From: Promethearchaeota archaeon
Lineage (GTDB): Archaea; Asgardarchaeota; Heimdallarchaeia; Hodarchaeales; Hodarchaeaceae
Direction of reading: 5' to 3'
Assembly (NCBI GenBank): GCA_048939265.1
Contig: JBHLPQ010000001.1
Coordinates: forward strand, 6,726-70,725
DNA: 64,000 nt
The first letter of the stretch is position 1. Every line of letters starts with the position of its first letter. This document shows positions 37,193 through 46,403 of the stretch, in pieces. Made by a program: the position numbers and the translations under genes. Below the pieces are notes generated by a model that searched no databases, had not been told where the DNA came from, and was given only the letters and a program-made list of their open reading frames with translations.

Positions 37193-38908
37193 TCAGATCA
37201 ATTGATCTCCCTTCCATTCTCCAAAGACCTCTCTTAAAACATCACATATCTCACCAACAGAGGCATAAGCTTTCACAGCTTTCAGAATAGGAGGCATCAA
37301 ATTGCCAGCGCCTTCAGCAGCCTCACGTACCTCAACCAACGCGTCATTTACCGCCTTATTGTCTCGTTCCTTTTTGGTTTGGTGCAGACGCGCTATCTGT
37401 CGTTCTGCTATTTCTTCTCCAATTTGAAGGAGAGGAACCTTGATTTCTTCTTCCGAGCCATATTCATTAACTCCTACTATTACCCGTTGGTTTTCCTCTA
37501 TTTCTTTTTGATATAGATATGCTGCATTCGCTATTTCTTGTTGAAAAAATCCCTTTTCTATCGCAGGTATGACCCCACCCAACTGTTCAATTTTGGAAAA
37601 ATATTCTTCAGTTTGTTCTTCCATTTCATTTGTCAATGCTTCTACAAAATAGCTTCCTGCTAAAGGATCAATCGTATTTGTTACACCACTTTCGTGAGCA
37701 AGAATCTGTTGAGTTCGTAGTGCAATTTCAACTGCTTCCTCACTAGGTAAAGCTAATGCTTCATCTAGCGAATTTGTGTGGAGAGATTGAGTTCCACCCA
37801 ATACTGCTGCGAGTGCTTGGATAGTAGTACGTACAACATTATTATAAGGCTGTTGAGCAGTTAAGGAGCATCCTGCAGTCTGAGTATGAAAGCGTAACCA
37901 CATTGAACGGGATTTTTTTGGCTGATATTTCTTAATGTGACGAGCCCAGATACGACGGGCAGCACGATACTTAGCTATTTCTTCAAACAGGTCATTATGT
38001 GAATTAAAAAAGAAAGATAACCGAGGAGCAAAGTCATCGATATCCATACCAGCTTCTACGGCCCATTTCACATATTCTAGTCCATCAACTAAAGTAAAAG
38101 CAAGTTCTTGAACCGCAGTTGACCCTGCTTCGCGAATATGATATCCAGAAATAGAAATAGTATTCCAACGAGGAACGTGTTCTGAACAATACTTAATAAT
38201 ATCCACTATAATTCGCATCGATGGTTTTGGAGGAAATATATACGATTTTTGAGCAATAAATTCTTTAAGAATGTCATTTTGAATGGTTCCACCAATTTGA
38301 TCGGGCCTAACCCCTTGTTTTTCTGCTACTGCAATGTACATAGCGAGTAATATCGCTGCAGGAGCATTAATTGTCATTGATGTGGTCACCTGATTGAGGG
38401 GAATTCCATCAAACAAGATCTCCATGTCTTTTAATGTATCAATAGCCACACCTAACTTGCCAACCTCTCCAAGGGACATGGGATGGTCAGATTCACGACC
38501 ATAAATCGTAGGGAGATGAAAAGCCACACTCAATCCTGTCATTCCGTGCTCTAGAAGAAACTTAAATCTTTGATTTGTCTCTTCAGCGCCTCCAAATCCC
38601 GCAAATTGACGCATGGTCCATAAACGACCCCGATACATAGTCGGTTGAACGCCTCGTGTGAATGGAAACATACTTGGATATCCTAAGTCATCTTGGTAAC
38701 CCCAATTAGAAGGCAGATCTGTAGGATCATATATTCGATTAATAGGTTGACTAGAGGTTGTCATAAACTTCTGTAACCGCTCTGAATGTTTTTTTGTAGC
38801 GTTCTTGTAGATCGATTCCCATTCTTTGCGTTTTCGTTTGATATCATCTAAAGAATTGGCTTTTTCTTCCATTGGAGTTCTTCCACTCTTTGTTGTATTC
38901 GAAGTCAA
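37193..38908 (-). CDS. mcmA: Methylmalonyl-CoA mutase, large (substrate-binding TIM-barrel) subunit
   Basis: 571 aa. Blocks such as [33 protein letters not shown] and the [12 protein letters not shown]-like region match the MCM N-terminal domain. Split-subunit archaeal arrangement. Confidence 0.9.
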   Translation of the reverse strand: MTSNTTKSGRTPMEEKANSLDDIKRKRKEWESIYKNATKKHSERLQKFMTTSSQPINRIYDPTDLPSNWGYQDDLGYPSMFPFTRGVQPTMYRGRLWTMRQFAGFGGAEETNQRFKFLLEHGMTGLSVAFHLPTIYGRESDHPMSLGEVGKLGVAIDTLKDMEILFDGIPLNQVTTSMTINAPAAILLAMYIAVAEKQGVRPDQIGGTIQNDILKEFIAQKSYIFPPKPSMRIIVDIIKYCSEHVPRWNTISISGYHIREAGSTAVQELAFTLVDGLEYVKWAVEAGMDIDDFAPRLSFFFNSHNDLFEEIAKYRAARRIWARHIKKYQPKKSRSMWLRFHTQTAGCSLTAQQPYNNVVRTTIQALAAVLGGTQSLHTNSLDEALALPSEEAVEIALRTQQILAHESGVTNTIDPLAGSYFVEALTNEMEEQTEEYFSKIEQLGGVIPAIEKGFFQQEIANAAYLYQKEIEENQRVIVGVNEYGSEEEIKVPLLQIGEEIAERQIARLHQTKKERDNKAVNDALVEVREAAEGAGNLMPPILKAVKAYASVGEICDVLREVFGEWKGDQLI

Positions 38909-39450
38909 TACTCAACACCTTTTCGGGCTAATATCTGCTTTTGATATGGATGTTTATGTTCACAAATCTCTGTATAATAATCAGCAAGATCAATTAATAC
39001 ATTAGGCGCGTCTCTGCCTGTTAAAACCAACTCAAGATTTTTAGGTTTTTGCTTGATGATATCAATTACCTGTTTTTCAGATATTAATTTAAAGTCCAAA
39101 GCAACGTTAATCTCATCTAAAATCAAAATATCCCATTTCTCTTCTGTAATGGCTAATTTAGCACGATCTAAAGCAGCTTTAGCTTCATCTAAATCAATTT
39201 TCTTCGGATTATCCTTATTGACAAACTCAGGTGTCCCATACTGAAGAATGGTTATTTCAGGAATAGTCTGTATAACTCTTAATTCCCCATAATCCCACCC
39301 TTTTTTCATAAATTGGATAATCAATGACCGAAATCCATGTCCTGCAGCTCGAAGTGCCAATCCTAAAGCAGATGTCGTCTTCCCTTTCCCATTACCAGAA
39401 ATAACGTGAATTAATCCGAGCTGAGATGTTTCAATGCTTTCCTCATTCAT
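38905..39450 (-). CDS. cobO: Cob(I)alamin adenosyltransferase (CobA/CobO/BtuR family)
   Basis: [33 protein letters not shown]-loop signature of the CobA family. Its stop overlaps the mcmA start by 4 nt, so it is co-operonic with the mutase. Confidence 0.85.
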   Translation of the reverse strand: MNEESIETSQLGLIHVISGNGKGKTTSALGLALRAAGHGFRSLIIQFMKKGWDYGELRVIQTIPEITILQYGTPEFVNKDNPKKIDLDEAKAALDRAKLAITEEKWDILILDEINVALDFKLISEKQVIDIIKQKPKNLELVLTGRDAPNVLIDLADYYTEICEHKHPYQKQILARKGVEY

Positions 39451-39591
39451 TATATCGACCCTAAATCTACTTGTTGGAATGTTTAAAGGAATGATACTCG
39501 CTTCATTAAATCATTCAATTCCTCTCTACCAAAAGATAAGAGATTTATTTCCTTCTCTTTTCTTTGAAAATAGGCTTTATTCTTGAAGCTC

Positions 39592-39605
39592 TAAATAAAT
39601 AACCT
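39592..39605 (+). promoter_or_regulatory. Archaeal TATA box (TAAATAAATAACC) about 30 nt upstream of tRNA-His
   Basis: An A/T box-A-like motif centred about 30 nt upstream of the predicted tRNA 5' end. Confidence 0.4.
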
Positions 39606-39629
39606 CTTAAAAGGTCTTTCAATTACTCT

Positions 39630-39730
39630 GGCCGACGTAGGATAGATACGAGCAGCTGACTGCTTGTAGTACAATGGTAGTCTCGGAGGTTGTGGCCCTT
39701 CATGTCCGGGTTCGATTCCCGGTGTCGGCC
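39630..39730 (+). tRNA. tRNA-His(GUG) with an encoded G-1 and a ~27-nt insertion (non-canonical intron) in the D-arm region. No encoded CCA.
   Basis: Manual fold: G-1 then acceptor GCCGACG/UGUCGGC, discriminator C73 (the G-1:C73 pair is diagnostic of His), anticodon stem GGAGG/CCUUC with loop UUGUGGC (anticodon GUG), T-arm CCGGG-UUCGAUU-CCCGG. The 5' half between the acceptor and anticodon stems is about 27 nt too long and contains a GCAGC/GCUGC hairpin, consistent with a BHB intron. Confidence 0.6.
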
Positions 39731-39901
39731 CTCACTTTTAACACAAGATTTTATATATAAATCACTGCTACAATCACCCTCAGCTTTATTTTGTCAGTTA
39801 TGCATCTCTCTTCGGATTTCTTGGTAAAAATAAAAATGAAGATACCTTTTTTCTATTAAAGGATCCTTACTTAGAGTTGCCATTAAAGAGCCTGAAGATT
39901 A

Positions 39902-41044
39902 CTATTCCATATTCGCATGAACTATTGGAGGATCACCAGGAGTTATTGTGATTAAATTTCTTGAAACTAACTCCTCTTGTAACATTTGTTTGAGCCTCGT
40001 GGGATGTGCACCAACAGACATGGCAAGTGTAGGAAGATCTAGAGAACCTCCAAGATTTAGTAAAATCAAGATTGAAGCATATAAGGGATGGGTGGAAAGT
40101 AACCTCTGAGTGTATTCCAAGATTATATTACGTTGAGTACGTTCATCATATATTTTGGTCAGTTTTTCTTGAAGGGTTTTCTGCTCCTCTTCGGCCATTG
40201 TAAGAGCTTCTTCCAGACGAGATACCGTCATTTTATACTGTTTAGAGTCTACTTCATGTCGTTCAATTTCATTCTTTAAGCGGGTCTGCATTTCTTCTAT
40301 CTCTAAATCATAATCCTGACGTACCTGCTTTAATCGTTGTTGTACAGCCTCTTCTAACATCCGAGCATAATAATCTTCTTGTATTTGATAGGTTTCAGCA
40401 ACTGAGGCTAACGCCTCTTCAATATCTTTTTCGTGGATCTTTTCATTCTCTTTTAATTTTTCAATTAACGCCTCTTTCGCAGCTAATTCTGATCTAATCT
40501 CCACAACGCTTTTTTGGGTTAGCTGTTCCTGCTCTTGAAGGCTTTGAACTTGATTCTGCAACCGTTTGATTTCTATCTCTTGTTGTGCGACTTTATCCTT
40601 ATTTTCCTCATAAATCTGACGGTTTTCCTCCCGCTCGTGTTCAAACTGAGACAGCTGTGTATTCTTGTCTTTGATCTGGCCTTTTAAGGTCTTAATCTCT
40701 GCCTCGAATACTTGAATTTGTTCTTCTGTAACAGAAGAAGTGACTTCTTGAAGGAATGTCGCATCACTTTGAATGATTTGGCGAATCCGACCCAAAGATT
40801 TGAGTGTAATACGGGTCAATTCTCCATCTACAACACGTGCGGTCTCCTTCCTGATTATTTTAATAAATTCTTCTAAATCTTTGTAAGTAAAATGTGGAAG
40901 GCCTTGGGTGACGAAAGAGCTTTTCGCCCCAGAAATACCTACACCAATCTCCTGCTGAGCAACCTCTCGATCTTTAGCCATTTCATTAATAAACTCTAAA
41001 CCATACTCCTTCAGCGTTTTTTGTGCCATATATCTTTCCTTCAT
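39902..41044 (-). CDS. Hypothetical coiled-coil protein (380 aa) with a C-terminal winged-helix-like segment
   Basis: Central ~250 aa are heptad-rich with Glu/Gln/Lys/Leu. No enzymatic motif. Confidence 0.4.
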   Translation of the reverse strand: MKERYMAQKTLKEYGLEFINEMAKDREVAQQEIGVGISGAKSSFVTQGLPHFTYKDLEEFIKIIRKETARVVDGELTRITLKSLGRIRQIIQSDATFLQEVTSSVTEEQIQVFEAEIKTLKGQIKDKNTQLSQFEHEREENRQIYEENKDKVAQQEIEIKRLQNQVQSLQEQEQLTQKSVVEIRSELAAKEALIEKLKENEKIHEKDIEEALASVAETYQIQEDYYARMLEEAVQQRLKQVRQDYDLEIEEMQTRLKNEIERHEVDSKQYKMTVSRLEEALTMAEEEQKTLQEKLTKIYDERTQRNIILEYTQRLLSTHPLYASILILLNLGGSLDLPTLAMSVGAHPTRLKQMLQEELVSRNLITITPGDPPIVHANME

Positions 41045-41115
41045 ATATTGAGAAGAATCTCGCTCATAATTTAATTTAAATTATAAAATTTTCAGCTTCC
41101 TTTAAATCATTCTAC

Positions 41116-41883
41116 ATGACGAATGAAAAAGAGGCCTCTCTCATGTCAGCAGAGCAAAACAATGTACTGTTTCAGAAATTCAATCTTTCCTTAAATCTAA
41201 AATTACCTCTAGCATTACTCATTGAAGCTCTTACACACCCGTCCTACAAATCAGTAGATCCTAATATTCGTGATAATCAACGACTTGAAACGCTTGGAGA
41301 TTCCGTTATTGATCTTCTCGTTCTTAATTGGTTCTATCACAAGGATGTAATGACTGAAGGAATGTTAACGAAGAAACGGGCCGAAATTGTCCAAAACACC
41401 ACATTAGCGAAAATAGGGAAAGACTTACAATTAGACTCAATCCTACGCTGTGCACCAGCTTATATAATTCAAGAAAAAGATATTGCTGATACTATTGAAG
41501 CCATCTTCGGAGCAGTATTCGTAGCTAATGGATTGTCTTTATGTCAGTCGCTGTTATTACAACTGTTTGAGGATCTTTTAGATAATGCTTTGAACTCCGA
41601 TGAGAATGAAAGCTTTATTCTAGGCCAAAATGAAATTAATCCAAAAAATCAGCTCCAGGAATTTTTTCAGCAGCGGTATTTACCTGAACCTATATATCGA
41701 TTACTTAAAAAGGAGGGGAGTGATCATGAACCAAGATATTGGTATTTATGTCAAGGAACATACCAAGAGGAGATTGTGAAAGGGGAAGGATTTGGAAAAA
41801 ATAAAAAAGAAGCGCAGAAAGACGCTGCCCAAAACTTGCTCAAAAAACTCATTCACTTGGAAAATCAGGTTAATTGTGATTAA
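41116..41883 (+). CDS. rnc: Ribonuclease III (bacterial-type, catalytic domain plus C-terminal dsRBD)
   Basis: RNase III signature HPSY....NQRLETLGDSVIDLLV, a second acidic cluster DTIEAIFGAVF, and a C-terminal dsRBD (NPKNQLQEFFQQRYLPEPIYRL...GEGFGKNKKEAQKDAAQNLLKKL). Confidence 0.85.
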   Translation: MTNEKEASLMSAEQNNVLFQKFNLSLNLKLPLALLIEALTHPSYKSVDPNIRDNQRLETLGDSVIDLLVLNWFYHKDVMTEGMLTKKRAEIVQNTTLAKIGKDLQLDSILRCAPAYIIQEKDIADTIEAIFGAVFVANGLSLCQSLLLQLFEDLLDNALNSDENESFILGQNEINPKNQLQEFFQQRYLPEPIYRLLKKEGSDHEPRYWYLCQGTYQEEIVKGEGFGKNKKEAQKDAAQNLLKKLIHLENQVNCD

Positions 41884-41902
41884 GCAATGTTTCAAAGAAC
41901 TT

Positions 41903-42298
41903 CTATTTCAAGGGGACAAATTGTGATCCTCTTGTGGCTCCAATACCAGGAGCGGAGTGCTTAACCTGTTTACAGGTGGGCGCAAACTCCCCTAAATAAT
42001 GTCCAAGCATTTCTGGGAGAAGATTGACACGAAGAAACTCCTTACCGTTGTAAACCTGAACAACAGCACCAATAAGTTCGGGAAGAATGATGAAATCGCG
42101 GCAGTGCGTTCGAATAGGCCGTTTTGATTCTTTGCTAGCCAGAATGCGTTCCATTAGTTTAATGTGCTGAGAACTCATTCCACGGGTCAGAGATCGACGC
42201 TGGCGAGCAGGAAGGAGGGAAATAAATTCATCCATGGATTTTTGACGGAGTTCATCGAGTGTAAATCCACGATAACGAAAACCACGACGTGATGACAA
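41903..42298 (-). CDS. rps19: 30S ribosomal protein S19 (uS19 / S15e-type archaeal form)
   Basis: FRYRGFTLDELRQKSMDEFISLLPARQRRSL....THCRDFIILPELIGAVVQVYNGKEF...PEMLGHYLGEFAPT.K.VKHSAPGIGATR matches archaeal/eukaryotic uS19. Confidence 0.85.
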   Translation of the reverse strand: MSSRRGFRYRGFTLDELRQKSMDEFISLLPARQRRSLTRGMSSQHIKLMERILASKESKRPIRTHCRDFIILPELIGAVVQVYNGKEFLRVNLLPEMLGHYLGEFAPTCKQVKHSAPGIGATRGSQFVPLK

Positions 42299-42659
42299 TT
42301 AAATTCACCTTTACTTTCATATCCAGGGAAAATAAGATAGGGTTAAAAAAAAGTAGGTAGACCATCTGATGGAGGAGAGTTAAGAAAATTAAATGTATTA
42401 AAAATGCTGTATTATAAAAAAGGTTAGAATGGAGAATTTAATGTGTTGTAGAAACCAAAATAGCTGAAATAATGAATAGGCAAGGAAGAGGCAGAAATTC
42501 TTCAAAGGATTTGAAATGCGTACATGAATCAGTGGGAGGAGATGATTTTTATAACGAAAAAATCGTAACCTTAAATGTTTAAAACAAGCCAATACTACGT
42601 GTAAAGGTTAAAAAACAGGAAAACAATAGAGGATTCAGGATTATTCCTCAATCTTTAAA

Positions 42660-43136
42660 ATGGTTGAATTTGAAGTGCCGAATTACAAGATCTCCGTCTT
42701 TGGGTTAGATGCAGACCGCACTGCGATTGCAACAGGACGGAATATGCGAATTTCGCCAAAGCATGCTCGTGAAATTTGTCATGAATTAAAAGGGAAATAC
42801 TTAGAAACCGCTCAAGAATATCTTGAACAAGTAATCGCAGGAGAAAAAAGTGTTCCTTTCAAACGATATCGGAAAAAAATACCTCACCGACGCGATTTAC
42901 AGAAATGGCCAGCAGGGCGTTACCCCCAAAAGGCAGCAAGGGAAATTCTCCGAGTCTTGGAAAATGTGGAACAGAATTCCTCATTCAAAGGATTAGAGGT
43001 TAGCCGGTTACGAATAACCCATATTGCGGCTCAAAGAGGACGAAAAATCCGAGGAATTATGCCACGAGCCCATGGACGGTCATCACCAAGCAATCAAACA
43101 TTAACTCATGTCGAGGTAGTGGTTACGGAGGAGTGA
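42660..43136 (+). CDS. rpl22: 50S ribosomal protein L22 (uL22)
   Basis: Archaeal uL22 pattern (ISPKHAREICHELKGKYLETAQEYLEQV....GLEVSRLRITHIAAQRG), in position before uS3. Confidence 0.85.
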   Translation: MVEFEVPNYKISVFGLDADRTAIATGRNMRISPKHAREICHELKGKYLETAQEYLEQVIAGEKSVPFKRYRKKIPHRRDLQKWPAGRYPQKAAREILRVLENVEQNSSFKGLEVSRLRITHIAAQRGRKIRGIMPRAHGRSSPSNQTLTHVEVVVTEE

Positions 43137-43139
43137 GGG
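43127..43139 (+). promoter_or_regulatory. Shine-Dalgarno-like GGAGGAGTGAGGG immediately upstream of the rps3 start
   Basis: A purine-rich GGAGG stretch ending about 2-7 nt before the ATG of the internal operon gene. Confidence 0.3.
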
Positions 43140-43140
43140 A

Positions 43141-43932
43141 ATGGCTGCAAGAAAAGAGTTATTAAATAGGAATTTGCAATACGTTCAAGTAAGTGAATAC
43201 CTAAATGATGAATTACAGTTAGCAGGGCAAGGGAAGGTTGAGATTCATAAAACACCAATGGGCCATCGAGTGGTAATCCACGCTGTACGATTAGGAATGG
43301 TGATTGGGAGACGTGGACGAAATATTAGAAAAATCACTGAAATTCTAGAGCATAAATTCGGATTAGAAACTCCTCAACTAGAAATCAAAGATCTTGAAAA
43401 TCCTAGACTTAATTCCCGAGTAATGGCTGGTAGATTAATTTCACAAATTCAAAAGGGGTTCCACTTTCGTAGAGCAGGGTATGCTTTAGTTCGACGAATC
43501 ATGTCCGCAGACGCACGAGGTTGCGAAATTACAATAAAAGGCAAATTAACCTCCCAACGAGCACGTGCGGAAGTTTTCAGAGAAGGGTTCGTGGCAAAAT
43601 GTGGAGAGCCTTCAAAAAGATACGTCGAAGATACAGTAATGGAAGTAACACTCAAACAGGGAGTTATCGGGGTACATGTAAAGATTATGCAACCCGATGC
43701 AGTACTCCCTGATGATGCCGTACTCATACCAAATGTTTTTGGTGAACCAAAAGATGAAGTGATCATCGAGGAAGAAGAAGAATTTGTCGAAGAAGAACTA
43801 AAACCAGAAACTGAGGAAGAGCCCATACCTGAAACGAAAGCAGAAGAAGATATAATTGAAGCGGATCCTGAAGATGCAATTGAAAAAAGTGAAGAATTGC
43901 TGAAAGAGGAAGATTTTGAAGAAGAAAGGTGA
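43141..43932 (+). CDS. rps3: 30S ribosomal protein S3 (uS3) with an acidic C-terminal extension
   Basis: KH domain (RLGMVIGRRGRNIRKITEILEHKFG), the uS3 C-terminal domain, then a Glu-rich tail. Confidence 0.9.
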   Translation: MAARKELLNRNLQYVQVSEYLNDELQLAGQGKVEIHKTPMGHRVVIHAVRLGMVIGRRGRNIRKITEILEHKFGLETPQLEIKDLENPRLNSRVMAGRLISQIQKGFHFRRAGYALVRRIMSADARGCEITIKGKLTSQRARAEVFREGFVAKCGEPSKRYVEDTVMEVTLKQGVIGVHVKIMQPDAVLPDDAVLIPNVFGEPKDEVIIEEEEEFVEEELKPETEEEPIPETKAEEDIIEADPEDAIEKSEELLKEEDFEEER

Positions 43933-44150
43933 TAGAAACGGCAATATTAAGGAAAGCTGAGATTCGGAAATTGTCTCTTCCTGAACGGGAGAAGAAGTTA
44001 AAAGAATTGAAAACCGAATTATTGACATTGAGAGGCAAAGCTAAAACAGGATCAATTGAATCCGCCGGTCGTGTCCGTGAACTAAGACGAACAGTGGCAC
44101 GAATCCTTACCATTAATAAGGAAGAGCAAAATGTCCCGAAATCACCGTGA
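43929..44150 (+). CDS. rpl29: 50S ribosomal protein L29 (uL29), GTG start
   Basis: LRKAEIRKLSLPEREKKLKELKTELLTLRGKAKTG..ESAGRVRELRRTVARILTI matches the uL29 helical hairpin. The start overlaps the rps3 stop. Confidence 0.8.
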   Translation: MIETAILRKAEIRKLSLPEREKKLKELKTELLTLRGKAKTGSIESAGRVRELRRTVARILTINKEEQNVPKSP

Positions 44151-44418
44151 AGTATCACTAGAGAGAAATCTATTAAGAATTAGGTTAATAAATCGTCAAT
44201 GCGAAATTGAATATTCAGGCAATGTATTTTCAGGACAAATTAGGAACGAAACAAAAAATACCTGGGAAATAATGACCACATCAGGGTTGAAAACAATCCC
44301 AAAGGATCAAGCTAAATTACGAATCACAATTAATAACCAATCATACAAAATAAATGGTAACCAAATGAAAGGACGATATGAAGATCGCATTAAGCGTATG
44401 AGGAAACGTAAATGGTGA
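44131..44418 (+). CDS. rnp1: Ribonuclease P protein component 1 (Rpp29/Pop4 homolog)
   Basis: Conserved operon position between uL29 and uS17 in archaea. The Sm-like beta region is followed by the C-terminal GRYEDRIKRMRKRK basic tail typical of Rpp29. Confidence 0.65.
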   Translation: MSRNHREVSLERNLLRIRLINRQCEIEYSGNVFSGQIRNETKNTWEIMTTSGLKTIPKDQAKLRITINNQSYKINGNQMKGRYEDRIKRMRKRKW

Positions 44419-44756
44419 AGAAAAAGTATTCACGACAAATTGGAATCGCCCCGACACCTAAGAGGACGTGTGATGACCAGAACTGTCCCTTCCATGGAAC
44501 ATTATCTGTTCGTGGACGAATTATTGAAACAAAAGTGATTTCAGACAGAATGGACAAAACAGTGACAGTTGAAAGACCATATCTGGAATTAATAAGGAAA
44601 TACAAACGTTATGGGCGATCAACAATACGAATGCATGCTCATAATCCCCCTTGCATCGACGCGAAGGTGGGAGACCATATACGAATTGGAGAATGTCGTC
44701 CACTATCAAAAACCGTTTCTTTCGTTGTAATTGAAAATCTTGGGAAAGGAGAATGA
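44412..44756 (+). CDS. rps17: 30S ribosomal protein S17 (uS17)
   Basis: GIAPTPKRTCDDQNCPFHGTLSVRGRIIETKVISDRMDKTVTV.....KYKRYGRSTIRMHAHNPPCIDAKVGDHIRIGECRPLSKTVSFVVIE matches the uS17 OB-fold. Confidence 0.85.
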   Translation: MVKKKYSRQIGIAPTPKRTCDDQNCPFHGTLSVRGRIIETKVISDRMDKTVTVERPYLELIRKYKRYGRSTIRMHAHNPPCIDAKVGDHIRIGECRPLSKTVSFVVIENLGKGE

Positions 44757-44760
44757 TAAA

Positions 44761-45177
44761 GTGAAAAAAAGAAGATCATTAAGGCTTGTAACAAGGCGAA
44801 TAACACGCGCACTACCCACTGGAGCTATTGTAAGAGTGGCAGATAACTCTGGGGCAAGAATGATTCAGGTAATTAGTGTGAAAGGGCATAACACCCGATT
44901 AAGAAGACAACCAGCTGCTAGGGTCGGGGATATGATCGTATGTTCAGTCAAAAAAGGAACCCCAAAACTAAGAAGGCAGATAGTCCACGCCGTTGTAATT
45001 AGACAGAAAAAACCCTATAAACGATCAGATGGGAGTTGGGTATATTTTGAAGATAACGCAGTAGTAGTCACAAACGAACAAGGAGAACCACGTGGAAGCG
45101 AAATCCGAGGAGCCGTATCAAAAGAAGCTGCTGATGCGTGGCCACGAATTGCGAGTACTGCAAGAGTGATTTCCTGA
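44761..45177 (+). CDS. rpl14: 50S ribosomal protein L14 (uL14). The GTG start is chosen just after the rps17 stop; the alternative in-table ATG at 44731 would overlap rps17.
   Basis: TRALPTGAIVRVADNSGARMIQVISVKG...VGDMIVCSVKKGTPKLRRQIVHAVVIRQKK......FEDNAVVV matches the uL14 consensus. Confidence 0.8.
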   Translation: MKKRRSLRLVTRRITRALPTGAIVRVADNSGARMIQVISVKGHNTRLRRQPAARVGDMIVCSVKKGTPKLRRQIVHAVVIRQKKPYKRSDGSWVYFEDNAVVVTNEQGEPRGSEIRGAVSKEAADAWPRIASTARVIS

Positions 45178-45180
45178 AAG

Positions 45181-45606
45181 GTGAAAAAAATGGGTACAAA
45201 GACTCGAGATCCATCGAAACAAAGACGCAGGCTATACTCCGCAGACTCATTTCATCGATCAAAACTGATGTCAGCACGACTCTCCAAAGACCTACGAGAG
45301 AAGTACAAGGTGAGAAAAATGCCCGTACGAACAGGCGATACGGTCTATATTACCACGGGCGACTTCACTGGGACAGAAGGGAAAGTACTCTCTATCGATA
45401 CGAAAAAACGACGATTAGCAGTTGATGGAATTGCCCGCGAGAAAGCAGATAAATCAAAAGTAATGTACAAAATTGACCCCTCAAAAGTGGTTATTCGGCG
45501 GTTTGGAAAAGTAGATAGATCACGAAAGAAGATTCTTGAGCGACGGGCAAAAATGGAACTGGAAATTGACGAAGAGGACATCAGCGTTGTGGAAGAAGAG
45601 GAATAA
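45181..45606 (+). CDS. rpl24: 50S ribosomal protein L24 (uL24, KOW domain) with an acidic tail
   Basis: KOW motif (KMPVRTGDTVYITTGDFTGTEGKVLSIDTKKRRLAVDGI) and archaeal operon position. Confidence 0.85.
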   Translation: MKKMGTKTRDPSKQRRRLYSADSFHRSKLMSARLSKDLREKYKVRKMPVRTGDTVYITTGDFTGTEGKVLSIDTKKRRLAVDGIAREKADKSKVMYKIDPSKVVIRRFGKVDRSRKKILERRAKMELEIDEEDISVVEEEE

Positions 45607-45620
45607 TGGAGTAGAGAACA

Positions 45621-46403
45621 ATGGGTAAGAAAGGAAGTCCCCGACATAGAAAACGATTAAGTGCTCCAATCGCATATCCTATCCCAAGAAAGCATGGAAT
45701 CTTTACAATCAGACCTTACCCGACACGAAGTACAAGGGAATCTTCGATCCCGTTAGGAATTGTAATTAGAGAAATATTAGGATACGCCAAAACCCTTTCC
45801 GAAGTTAAAAAAATACTCAGCAAGAAAATAATCAAAATTGATGGAAAAGTGCAAACTAGCTATAAATCTAGCTTAGGACCAATGGATATATTGGAAATTA
45901 CCAAAACGGAGGAATATTTTCGGCTAACCCCCTACCGTGGCAAACGAAGATTCAAATTACACCCAATTACCAAAGATAACGCTCATCTAAAAATGCAACG
46001 AATCCAAAGAAAACAGACAGTCAAGAATAACTTAATTCAACTTACATTTCACGATGGGAGGAACTACTTAATGGATCCTAAAGAGAAGTACAAATTTCCT
46101 ATACAAGAACTTGCAGCCAAAGACAGTGTGATGTTCAACCTGGAAGAAAAAATAATCGAAGATCATTTCCCCTTTACTGAAGGTAACACCGCATTAATTA
46201 TGGGAGGACATAATGTAGGAATCGTTGGCAAAATCCAAGAGATTGAAGCTCAAAGCGGTCGGAGAACAAAAACAGTTACTTTAGAAACAGAAGAAGGAGA
46301 AATAAAAACAACAGATCAACATCTATTTGTCATCGGCCGAGAAGAACCAGTCATTGAAATACCACAAGTAATCATCACCGAGGATACTCAAGATGAGCTT
46401 TAG
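45621..46403 (+). CDS. rps4e: 30S ribosomal protein S4e (eS4)
   Basis: GSPRHRKRLSAP..YPIPRK.G.F..RP.PTRSTRESSIPLGIVIRE matches the eS4 N-terminus. Length 260 aa and position after uL24. Confidence 0.85.
   Translation: MGKKGSPRHRKRLSAPIAYPIPRKHGIFTIRPYPTRSTRESSIPLGIVIREILGYAKTLSEVKKILSKKIIKIDGKVQTSYKSSLGPMDILEITKTEEYFRLTPYRGKRRFKLHPITKDNAHLKMQRIQRKQTVKNNLIQLTFHDGRNYLMDPKEKYKFPIQELAAKDSVMFNLEEKIIEDHFPFTEGNTALIMGGHNVGIVGKIQEIEAQSGRRTKTVTLETEEGEIKTTDQHLFVIGREEPVIEIPQVIITEDTQDEL

Noticed and set aside
39640-39690. Exact intron boundaries in tRNA-His
   Set aside because: Several D-stem pairings (for example GGAU/GUCU with wobble pairs) are possible after removing different ~27-nt segments. I could not settle the exon junctions by eye, so only the insertion is reported, not the boundaries.
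42398-42592. 64-aa minus ORF in the S19/L22 divergent spacer
   Set aside because: AT-rich spacer with promoter-like A/T boxes. The ORF is Phe/Leu/Ile-rich from T-runs. No support. I also looked here for C/D-box sRNA motifs (RUGAUGA...CUGA) and found only imperfect matches (GAGATGATT), so no sRNA call.
43449-44158. Several 60-130-aa antisense ORFs inside rps3/rpl29 and similar ones inside the 1733-aa gene (for example 5924..6214, 5961..6170)
   Set aside because: Shadow ORFs inside well-supported genes, with low-complexity Ser-rich or Leu-rich translations.
44731-44760. ATG start for rpl14 and the 46955 ATG start for rps14 as given in the ORF table
   Set aside because: Both would create 26-40-nt overlaps with the preceding r-protein genes and add non-conserved N-terminal residues. 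Starts just after the upstream stop codons fit the family N-termini better.
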